Shown here piece by piece: positions 19,712 to 28,117 of a stretch of DNA of 64,000 bases (within the stretch, counting starts at the first letter, position 1; every line of letters begins with the position of its first letter). The notes beneath the pieces are model-generated. The model did no database searches, had not been told where the DNA came from, and worked only from the letters and a program-made list of their open reading frames with translations. Source of the stretch: a virus (taxonomy: Duplodnaviria; Caudoviricetes). The DNA lies in IMG/VR virus record IMGVR_UViG_3300021400_000095, one strand, 5' to 3'. Both the position numbers and the translations under genes were made by a program.

Positions 19712-19721
19712 CAATTAAAAT

Positions 19722-19801
19722 AGGGGTGTACCTCAGCTGGCTTATACCCAGACATTAAATGAGTAACTTGGTGTATGCAGGTTCAAATCCTGTCACCCCC
19801 A
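19722..19801 (+). ncRNA. D-armless tRNA-like RNA with UAU anticodon and long variable arm
   Basis: GGGGTG/CACCCC acceptor, CTGG-CTTATAC-CCAG anticodon arm, ACATTAA/TTGGTGT arm, GCAGG-TTCAAAT-CCTGT T arm. Confidence 0.7.
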
Positions 19802-19865
19802 CTAATAATGGCATGATTTTTGTATATTATTAAAAAAGAAAATTTGTTGATTTAAAATTTTATTT

Positions 19866-20189
19866 ATGTACATTTATACTCTTATATTCTTTTCAAGTCT
19901 TGATGGGCAATTTACAATTAAAAATTATAAAACCCTCACATCAGCAAAAGAATATCTTGATAAATGTGTTGAAGGACAAAAGAAACTTGAAGGTGATACC
20001 TTTATTTCAGAAAATGCCTATGGCACTATGTTAGATAAAGATTATGAAGCACCAAGACTCCCTGATACACTTAGAAACCATTGGCTATTGCATGAATATG
20101 ATGTTATCTATGGTGTTGATACTGTAACTAACTTTAGAAATAATTTGTCCACATTCTCTAGATTTATTGTTAAATCTGAACTTAAATAA
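19866..20189 (+). CDS. hypothetical protein
   Basis: ORF track; upstream motif. Confidence 0.75.
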   Translation: MYIYTLIFFSSLDGQFTIKNYKTLTSAKEYLDKCVEGQKKLEGDTFISENAYGTMLDKDYEAPRLPDTLRNHWLLHEYDVIYGVDTVTNFRNNLSTFSRFIVKSELK

Positions 20190-20246
20190 AATAAAATTTT
20201 GAATTATTAATATTTATTTATATATTTACATTGTAAAAACTAATTA

Positions 20247-20355
20247 AGAAAACATACAGCAATCTTCAATATTAAAATTAAATTGATTTATTTGCTAAAT
20301 GGCTTTACCATTAAAGGTCTGATACTAACCCCAAAGTATTAAAAAATGTTTTCTG
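20247..20355 (+). ncRNA. 'ACAGCAA' stem RNA
   Basis: Closing helix AGAAAACAT-ACAGCAA...ATGTTTTCT-G with small internal hairpins; same motif upstream of the DUF2828 gene. Confidence 0.55.
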
Positions 20356-20379
20356 TTTATATAGTTCTTTGATAATATT

Positions 20380-20700
20380 GCCCCCGTGGTGGAACTGGTA
20401 AATGTTTGCCTACTACAATGTTAGTAAAACAACTCAAATTCGGTATCAGTTAGATAAGACTTTGTACGAATAAGCTGACTAAGAAAGCCTGAAGGTCCAT
20501 TTATATGGATAGCTGGGTAATACCGAGCCAAGCCTTAATAAAGGAAGGTGTAGAGACTTTAAGGGTTGCACTTTTAGTGAAGATAAAGTCCACTTAGTTG
20601 AAGTAATACTTTAGATGAAAATCTGTAACTAATTGAGACACAAAGGACTTAAAATCCTTTGGCCATTCTGGCCGTGCAGGTTCAAATCCTGTCGGGGGCA
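20380..20700 (+). tRNA. tRNA-Leu(UAA) split by a group I intron (exons 20380-20399 and 20636-20700)
   Basis: Spliced 85-nt cloverleaf GCCCCCG...CGGGGGCA with anticodon arm AAGGA-CTTAAAA-TCCTT and a long variable arm. Confidence 0.9.
20400..20635 (+). ncRNA. group I self-splicing intron (236 nt, no ORF) in the tRNA D-loop
   Basis: P/Q/R/S-like core (AAATTCGGT, AATACCGAGCCAAG, GAAGGTGTAGAGACT, GAAGATAAAGTCC); exon ends in U, intron ends in G; P1 GGT/GCC and P10 TGTTT/AGACA. Confidence 0.9.
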
Positions 20701-20709
20701 CTAAAAAAC

Positions 20710-20876
20710 CAAAGGTGAATAGTCATCTGTTTTCCCTTGTAGTGCAGTGCAACTCTGCTGAAAAGATGTAGTAATTAAAAGGGCCATAAGTATATCCAGA
20801 TAATGTGCTATTTTAAATGGTGTGGGTGTGATGGATTTATCTAAAAAGTGCACTTGATGATAAATCATAGCCTTTG
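20710..20876 (+). ncRNA. candidate structured RNA downstream of tRNA-Leu
   Basis: Closing helix CAAAGGT/GCCTTTG followed by a U-tract; internal hairpins; no ORF. Confidence 0.4.
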
Positions 20877-21090
20877 TTTTTTTTTAGTTAAAATGCTTAA
20901 AACGTCCACAATATTACTATTTCATGTGGGTTACAATAAAGAAATAGTTTTTTAAAGAAAATAAACTTTTCATAATTCTTTTTATTATTTTTCAATCCTA
21001 GTGATTGAATATCTTGAACTTCTCATGCTGTGATAGTCTGAGAAGTTTTTTTTTGTTTATACTATTTATCTCTATTATAAACTAATATAT

Positions 21091-21291
21091 ATGGAAACAT
21101 TTTTATTTATTGCAGGTGTTATATTTACTATAATTGCACTCTATATTAGAATTAAAAAATTATATATACCCTTTGATTATAATCTTATATATAATGTCCA
21201 AAATGCTAAATCTAATCTTGATATCATGAGAAAATTCCAAATATTTGGACCTATTCTTATTATATTATCTATCATACTTATTCTATCTTAA
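21091..21291 (+). CDS. small two-TM membrane protein
   Basis: Two hydrophobic helices; ACTATTTAT motif upstream. Confidence 0.65.
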   Translation: METFLFIAGVIFTIIALYIRIKKLYIPFDYNLIYNVQNAKSNLDIMRKFQIFGPILIILSIILILS

Positions 21292-21887
21292 TTATCTAAT
21301 ATTTTATAGATATTTGTTAATTATCTAATATTTCTTCAATATTAGATATTTTTTTTTTGGCATGATTCTTGCCCATATTATTTTTGATATTATATTTGAC
21401 CAAATCAATGGTTCTAAGCAGAGAGCATTTTTTTAAAAATTAACCCTGGAGTATATTCTCCAACCTACCTATATATCTATTTCCTAGGAAAATTTTACTT
21501 ATTTATATATATTTTTTGCTTATTTTTGGATTTTTGGTCAAAATCAAAATATTTATCATTGATTAATGAAATCAGTGATAAATATTCTACATCACTAAAA
21601 TCCATTCCAGATAAATTAAATTCTTTAATAATATAGGCTGGTAAAACAGCCTGTAGGGTATAATTTTTGCATATATGACTACTGTCATCAGATAATAATA
21701 TATATAATATGAATAATATACTCTTCATGAATCAAATTTTATCACCCATGGTCCCTGTTTTATTTTTAGACTCTATAGTACTATAATATATATTATTTAT
21801 TTAAACATGCATATGGACAAAAATATTGTATACTATCTTTAATTAATTTTTATTGTTTTTTTATTTTATTTTTTATATATTTGATAT

Positions 21888-22169
21888 ATGAAGACCATTA
21901 ATATAATTATTAACTTTATTAACTACTGTGGCCAACAATTGGTTACTTGGTTCATTGATGATAATGTTGACCTTATTATTCATGTGCCTGAATTTGTTAA
22001 TAATCAACCTGATTTAAATAATACCCATCAAATTAATCTTGGTAACCCTGAAATACTTCTTGACTGGTTCCCTTACTCTTCTAACCTGCAACTACTATAT
22101 GATTATATTGATGAACTCTTTCTTAATAATAATGCTATATTTAATATAACTAAAAATAAATTCTTTTAA
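21888..22169 (+). CDS. hypothetical protein
   Basis: ORF track; TATATTTG upstream. Confidence 0.65.
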   Translation: MKTINIIINFINYCGQQLVTWFIDDNVDLIIHVPEFVNNQPDLNNTHQINLGNPEILLDWFPYSSNLQLLYDYIDELFLNNNAIFNITKNKFF

Positions 22170-22172
22170 ATT

Positions 22173-22478
22173 ATGATTGATACTAATCCATCTGTTATCT
22201 TTAAAAATGAAAATGCAAATGATTCTATAAATAATAAATATGAATCTGTTAATCACCCTTCACATTATAATAACTATTCTATTGAAGTTATTGATATGAT
22301 GGAAAAAATCTGGGGAACTCAAAACCTTATTAACTTCTGTGAAATGAATGCCTTTAAATATAGAATGAGAATGGGTACTAAACCTGATAACTCTATACAA
22401 CAAGACCTACAAAAAGAAAAATGGTATCTTAATAAAGCATCTCAACTTAAATCTAAATTGAATAATCCTACTGAATAA
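22173..22478 (+). CDS. DUF3310 family protein (T7 gp1.7-like nucleotide kinase family)
   Basis: VNHPSHY...IEVID...NAFKYRMRMGTK...QDLQKEKWYL. Confidence 0.85.
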   Translation: MIDTNPSVIFKNENANDSINNKYESVNHPSHYNNYSIEVIDMMEKIWGTQNLINFCEMNAFKYRMRMGTKPDNSIQQDLQKEKWYLNKASQLKSKLNNPTE

Positions 22479-22850
22479 TATTATTAAAACTAATTCTAAT
22501 ATTCAATAATTCTATATATAAGTACTCTTTTGAGTACCTTATCAATCTGTCCCCTTTATACCTTAACTTATATTTTTAAACTAAATTATTTATTTTACTT
22601 AAAAATTGTTACTATACCACAAAGGGAAAAAATATAAATTGTAAGCAAATTATATGATTTTACTTTAAATCTTTTATTTTTATTATCTAATTTCTTTTAT
22701 TGAATATAAAAATATATTTATTTTATATTTTTTCTGCTTGCTAATAAAGCATTTATCCTATATAGGTACTCTTTTGAGTACCTTTTTCTTTATTATTCAT
22801 CTTTTCTATACTATTTATATCTGATATAAAACTTAAATACCTATTAACAT

Positions 22851-23189
22851 ATGAAAAACTTTTTACTTAAATTATTTATCTTTGCTGAATTCATTATTGT
22901 ATTTGGCCTGGGCTATGCTGTACTTCACATGGCCTTATCCCCTATTCAATCTATTATCCTTGTGTTTGCTATGGTCTTCTTCCTGTTCCAAGCACTTGGT
23001 AATGTTGATAAACTTAATGGCTATGGCCAATATAATAAATCTAATAATAATCATGATGATGACTCATCTGATGATAACCAAAACCATTCTGATGAAAATG
23101 TTTCTAATCAAAATATTTCTGATGTGGAAGAAGATAATGATGATGAAAATGATGATGACTTCTTCCTTATGGATGATGGTCTTGAATAA
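22851..23189 (+). CDS. membrane protein with acidic C-terminal tail
   Basis: Two TM helices and a D/N-rich tail; terminator at ~23215-23250. Confidence 0.75.
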   Translation: MKNFLLKLFIFAEFIIVFGLGYAVLHMALSPIQSIILVFAMVFFLFQALGNVDKLNGYGQYNKSNNNHDDDSSDDNQNHSDENVSNQNISDVEEDNDDENDDDFFLMDDGLE

Positions 23190-23284
23190 GACAAAGATAT
23201 CTAATTTATCCTCAAAATGCTGACAATAATTTGCCAGCATTTTTTTTTTTATTAAATTTATTTAAAATCAATTAATTAAACCCA

Positions 23285-23507
23285 AATAACCTATTTTTTT
23301 TCTAACCAATAACCTATTTTTTCTAGTCAAAAATTTTCTAAAAAAATTCTGGAAAAATTAATACAAGACACAGTTTCTTTTCTTGTTTTTTAGGGTATTA
23401 TTTACAAAAAATTAACACTACACATTAAGGTATTATTTACAAAAAATTGTACAATATTAAAATTGATGTTCTTTCCCTATTTTTTAAGGTATTATTTACC
23501 AAAAAAC
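23285..23507. repeat. iteron-like repeats at a strand-skew switch (candidate origin)
   Basis: AATAACCTATTTTTT at 23285 and 23308; GGTATTATTTAC(A/C)AAAAA at 23394, 23429 and 23488. Confidence 0.55.
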
Positions 23508-23729
23508 TCTTATTATACATTTTTTTTTATTTTTTTAGACATATATTGCCAAAGTAGTTTAATTAGATTAGAGCATTTATATATATATTTCAAGGTTTAC
23601 ATAATCAAAAAAGCATAATGGCCAGAGAAATATAGAAGAATAGGAGATGTATGTGGATTTAGGAAGTAGGTACTATTTATATCATAAAGGAATAATAAAT
23701 AAACAATAAACAAAAAAAGATATAGAGTA

Positions 23730-24101
23730 ATGGGAAAGTTTTTACACAATTTTGAGACAAGTGTTGAGTTCAACAATGAGTACATTGGCAGTGGATACAC
23801 AGAGCCATGGGTAAGTTTAACACAGGAGAATTCTGCAATCAATTACAACAAGGGTTCATATGATTTTATTATATTAGACAGTAGGACAGGTGAGGTTGAG
23901 ACAGAGTTAGATTGCAGTGCATTAGAATTAACAGGAAAGACATACAGTGCATTATACTTTAATGAATCTGGCAACAGTAAATGTATTGTAAGGTACAATG
24001 ATGCTGATGAAAAGTGGGCAGTATATAGTGATGATGGTAATTGGATGGGATACATTGTATGTGACAATGGAGTAATTAAATTTGATGTAGGTATTGTATA
24101 A
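23730..24101 (+). CDS. protein sharing the N-terminal module of the LRR proteins
   Basis: MGKFLHNFET...EPWVSLT...INYNK resembles the N-termini at 25591, 28118, 32879 and 38183. Confidence 0.8.
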   Translation: MGKFLHNFETSVEFNNEYIGSGYTEPWVSLTQENSAINYNKGSYDFIILDSRTGEVETELDCSALELTGKTYSALYFNESGNSKCIVRYNDADEKWAVYSDDGNWMGYIVCDNGVIKFDVGIV

Positions 24102-24274
24102 TATTATCTACAATTTAGATAAAAAGATAAAGACATTGAATAAAAATTTTTTTAATTATTCAATGTCTTTTATTTTATTTAGTTTATTTAGTTAGATAGA
24201 ATATATAGATTATAGTATATTAATTAATTTATTTTAATTATATGTTAAATAGTTTATTTTTTATTTAATTCAAT

Positions 24275-24781
24275 TTAATTAGTATTTCTGATATATTGTT
24301 TTGCAAATTGTTGGATTTTGGCTTTATGGGTATCAGATGACCATTGATAGTTATCAAGTTGTGTTAAAGGAATCCATTTAATTTGCAGGACTTCATTTGG
24401 TTCAGAGTATTCATTAGTAAGGGTAAAGTCATCAGGGTTATGGATAAGTGTTGAGAATCTGGCAATGACATTTTGTGAAGTTCTATTTATATCATCATCA
24501 ATTTCCATGAGTTTGATATAGGGTGGATGGATTATGGCATAATTAAGGTTAAGGCCAGTTTCTTCAAAGGTTTCTCTAATGGCAGCATTTAGTAGGGTTT
24601 CATCATAGTCAAGATAACCTGAAGGGCAATTCCACAAGTAGGGTTTAGAGACAGCAGGTCCTCTTTGGTTGGCAAGGACAGAGAGTTGGTTATCAACATA
24701 GGCAAAGACAACACAAGAAACAGCAAGTGACCTTGAAATCCAGAAGGTTTGGCCATTAAGTTTAACAGGAGTATTTTTCAT
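24275..24781 (-). CDS. Nudix hydrolase
   Basis: Nudix box GYLDYDETLLNAAIRETFEETGL; start taken at MKNTP. Confidence 0.9.
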   Translation of the reverse strand: MKNTPVKLNGQTFWISRSLAVSCVVFAYVDNQLSVLANQRGPAVSKPYLWNCPSGYLDYDETLLNAAIRETFEETGLNLNYAIIHPPYIKLMEIDDDINRTSQNVIARFSTLIHNPDDFTLTNEYSEPNEVLQIKWIPLTQLDNYQWSSDTHKAKIQQFAKQYIRNTN

Positions 24782-24782
24782 A

Positions 24783-25106
24783 TTATTTTTGTATTTTAGT
24801 AAGGACAAGTTTATAGGTAGAAGTTGTATCAACAACATTATTATGATTACTAATAACAACAGTAGAATCAACAGAGTAATTCCATTCATTCAGGTCAAAA
24901 TCATGTGTTGTAATAGATTTTTGAGAAGTAAAGAAAACCCAGAACATAAAGAAGGCCACAGATAGGAGAATACCCATATAAGCCAAAAAGTTTTGAGTTT
25001 TTTTATTTTCTTTAACAGTTGGGTCTTTCATTGAACCATCATATAGAAATGTAGATAGTCCAAGCATTAGAATAAAGATAACATAGCCAATGATGTACAT
25101 AAACAT
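24783..25106 (-). CDS. membrane protein
   Basis: Two TM helices; sigma54-like motif on the - strand at ~25151-25166. Confidence 0.75.
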   Translation of the reverse strand: MFMYIIGYVIFILMLGLSTFLYDGSMKDPTVKENKKTQNFLAYMGILLSVAFFMFWVFFTSQKSITTHDFDLNEWNYSVDSTVVISNHNNVVDTTSTYKLVLTKIQK

Positions 25107-25590
25107 AATTTATATTTTTTTTAGTTTAACAATTATATAATATAACATATACAATAATCATGCCAAGACAAAGAAAATGCAAGAAATAAAAAAATTATAA
25201 GTAATTTATTTTCAACATATCTAAAAATTTAAATAAAATTAATATATATAAGATAATATGATAATGACAATATTTTCCATTTCTTTCCACTTTTTTCCAC
25301 AAAATTATAAGCAATTAATAATAAAGTAATTATGATGAAGTAATATAAATAAAATTGAATATAAGTTGTTATGATATAATGAAATGGGTGATAAATTTTA
25401 GGAAAGGGTATGTAGCAAAAAATATTTAAATTATTATATATTAGTTAGATAAATGGGTTATAAAGCAGTTAATTCAGGAGTAGTTATGGTATATAATTTA
25501 TAGTGATTGATTGGGGATTACAATTATTATTTTTAATAAGAAAAGACTATTTATAATAGTAGTTATAAATAACAAAAAAAAGTAAGAGAT

Positions 25591-26976
25591 ATGACACAAG
25601 AGGAATATATCAATAAGATAAAGAGGTTTGACACTGTTGAAGAGTATGAATATGACAGGGAGACCAATTATATAAATCATTGGGTAAGTTTAACAAAGGA
25701 GACCAATGAGGTGAATTATGAGGTTGAAAAGAAATACAGGGAGCCATTGACATTTGTTATTCAGAGTGATGGTAATATTAGATGGAAAGCATCTAGGGCA
25801 AGTGATACAAGAACCATAAAATATAGTAAAGATAATGGGCAAACATGGATATCAATAGCAAGTTCTATAGATGGCAATAGTATTTCTGTAGAAAGTGGTA
25901 ACACTATACAATTTAGAGGTTATTATGAAAGTTATGGTACAAATTATTATTATAATTGTTTTAGTGGAAGCACATGTAGTTTTAGTGTTAAAGGTAATAT
26001 AATGAGTTTAATTAATAGTACAAATTTTGCTGCTTTAACAAGTTTGTCAGATAAATATTATACTTTTTATAACTTGTTCAAGGATTGTACTGGTTTAACA
26101 GATGCTAGTGAATTACTTTTACCTGCAACTACATTAACAAATTATTGTTACTATAGTATGTTTGAAGGTTGTACTAGTTTAATACAAGCACCAGAATTAC
26201 CAGCTACTACATTATCAGGAAGTTGTTATAACAGTATGTTTGCTGGTTGTACTAGTTTAACAACAGCACCTGCATTACCTGCTACTACTTTAGCATCTTA
26301 TTGTTATTCTGAAATGTTTTATGGATGTACTAATTTAACAACAGCACCTGTATTACCTGCCACAACATTAGCAGGTAGTTGTTATGCAAATATGTTCCAA
26401 GGTTGTACTAGTTTAACAACAGCACCAGAATTATCAGCAACAACATTAGCACATAGTTGTTATGCACTTATGTTTAAAGGTTGTACTAGTTTAACAACAG
26501 CACCTGCATTACCTGCTACTACATTAGCAGAAAGTTGTTATTCAAATATGTTTGAAAATTGTAGTAGTTTAGTAAATGCACCAGAATTACCTGCTACTGC
26601 ATTAGATAATTATTGTTATGCAAGTATGTTTAGTAATTGTACAAGTCTCACAACTGCACCTGCATTACCTGCTACTACATTAGCACAAACTTGCTATTAT
26701 TATATGTTTAGAGATTGTACAGGCTTAACTGATGCTCCAGAATTACCTGCCACTACATTAGTAGTTGATTGTTATAGATGTATGTTTCAAAGGTGTAGTA
26801 GTTTAAATTATATTAAATGTCTTGCAACTAATATTTCAGAAAATGGTTGTACAATAAATTGGGTACAAGGTGTGGCAAGTACTGGTACATTTGAATGTCC
26901 TGCTTCAACTAATTGGTCATCAAAAACAGGTACATCTGGTATTCCATCAGGATGGACAAGAGTTGATGCAAGTTAA
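25591..26976 (+). CDS. BspA-like leucine-rich-repeat protein
   Basis: 26-aa repeats APELPATTLAxxCYxxMFxGCTSLTT. Confidence 0.85.
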   Translation: MTQEEYINKIKRFDTVEEYEYDRETNYINHWVSLTKETNEVNYEVEKKYREPLTFVIQSDGNIRWKASRASDTRTIKYSKDNGQTWISIASSIDGNSISVESGNTIQFRGYYESYGTNYYYNCFSGSTCSFSVKGNIMSLINSTNFAALTSLSDKYYTFYNLFKDCTGLTDASELLLPATTLTNYCYYSMFEGCTSLIQAPELPATTLSGSCYNSMFAGCTSLTTAPALPATTLASYCYSEMFYGCTNLTTAPVLPATTLAGSCYANMFQGCTSLTTAPELSATTLAHSCYALMFKGCTSLTTAPALPATTLAESCYSNMFENCSSLVNAPELPATALDNYCYASMFSNCTSLTTAPALPATTLAQTCYYYMFRDCTGLTDAPELPATTLVVDCYRCMFQRCSSLNYIKCLATNISENGCTINWVQGVASTGTFECPASTNWSSKTGTSGIPSGWTRVDAS

Positions 26977-27044
26977 GATTTAGAAAAATAATTAACAATA
27001 ATAAATAAACCATGGGAAATTAATCTCATGGTTTATTATTTTAT

Positions 27045-27224
27045 TTACAATTGAGGTTTAATTGTATATGTAATATCAAGAAAGTCATTATATGTTTCTT
27101 TTATTTTGAAGTGTTTTGCTTTTTTTGCAGCAGAGTGGCTTGGGAAGGAGTCAATGAAATTATCATTTTCAAACAGATTCCATCTTTTAGGTTGATATAG
27201 TTTTTTCTTTTCTTCTTTTGTCAT
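27045..27224 (-). CDS. hypothetical protein (59 aa)
   Basis: Read manually: MTKEEKKKLYQPKRWNLF...KPQL*. Confidence 0.6.
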   Translation of the reverse strand: MTKEEKKKLYQPKRWNLFENDNFIDSFPSHSAAKKAKHFKIKETYNDFLDITYTIKPQL

Positions 27225-27242
27225 ATTTTAATTATTAAATAA

Positions 27243-27566
27243 TTAAACAGGGCTAATAGATTCCCATTTACAGATATATTTCCAAACAACATCATTTGCT
27301 TTAGCAAGCAATGAAGAATCAAACTGATAGAAGTCAAATCTTTTATTTGTACCTTCCATGACATGTTCACCAAAGCAAAGGCCAAAACCTGGTCTATATT
27401 GCCAAGATGTAATTTTTTTATTAAACAATTTTCCTGAAAGAAGAGTTACAAAATATATATCATCTTCATCATATTTTGTGAAATCAATGATTTCAATATG
27501 GTCTTGCAAATATTTTTTAATGAAATCATTTGCTTGCTCAGGGTTGAGAGTAATTACATTATACAT
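27243..27566 (-). CDS. hypothetical protein
   Basis: ORF track; sigma54-like motif on the - strand at ~27603-27618. Confidence 0.75.
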   Translation of the reverse strand: MYNVITLNPEQANDFIKKYLQDHIEIIDFTKYDEDDIYFVTLLSGKLFNKKITSWQYRPGFGLCFGEHVMEGTNKRFDFYQFDSSLLAKANDVVWKYICKWESISPV

Positions 27567-27672
27567 AAAAATAAAAATTTAAAAATCACATTGAAATAAC
27601 ATACAAGAATCATGCCATTTAATATTGCCAATAAGGAAAAAATCAATATATTTTATAATAAAGATAAGTTTT

Positions 27673-28023
27673 ATGGAGAATTATTTAGTTATACCATATT
27701 ATAAGAACAAGGCATATATAAGTTTTATAAAACAATTTTCAAACAAGGAAGAGGTTGTTGAATTTCTTGGTAGAGAGGATGGTGATTTAATAAGGGCAAT
27801 ACATGGTCATATTGAAAATAGTGAAAAAACAAATAAGGAAAAATCATATGACTTTGTTTGTTTGGATAATAATCTTCATTATTATATTCTTTATATTTCA
27901 GATAGTGGAAATAAATTATTTGAACCAGAATTATTAAAAACTGGAAAATATAAATTAAAGAAAATCAATATAAAATCTGATTCAATCATTCCAGAAAATA
28001 AAGTTTTTAATTTTGAAGGTTAA
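27673..28023 (+). CDS. hypothetical protein
   Basis: ATG at 27673, in frame with the track ORF. Confidence 0.7.
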   Translation: MENYLVIPYYKNKAYISFIKQFSNKEEVVEFLGREDGDLIRAIHGHIENSEKTNKEKSYDFVCLDNNLHYYILYISDSGNKLFEPELLKTGKYKLKKINIKSDSIIPENKVFNFEG

Positions 28024-28117
28024 ACTATAAATTATGTAATATGTTGATTATCCGAAAGTTACAAGACATTTTCTTATATTATTTACTATTTATATTAAAA
28101 TAATAAATAACAATAAT

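Larger units (their letters stand above)
276..21373 (+). promoter_or_regulatory. about 40 dispersed sigma54-like (-24/-12) promoter motifs TTGG(C/T)AY-N5-TTG(C/T/A) upstream of small early-type genes
   Basis: Examples: TTGGCATAATCTTTGCA at 11521, TTTGGCACATTTCTTGCT at 13281, TGGCAAGATTATTGCA at 4768. The best copies show GG-N10-GC spacing and lie 30-60 nt before an ATG. Confidence 0.7.

Noticed and set aside
19722-19801. tmRNA
   Set aside because: Only 80 nt, with no tag reading frame or pseudoknot region; it has an anticodon-like arm instead
25273-25301. DnaA boxes (TTTCCAY x3 at 10-bp period)
   Set aside because: They do not match TTATCCACA well and the context is low-complexity
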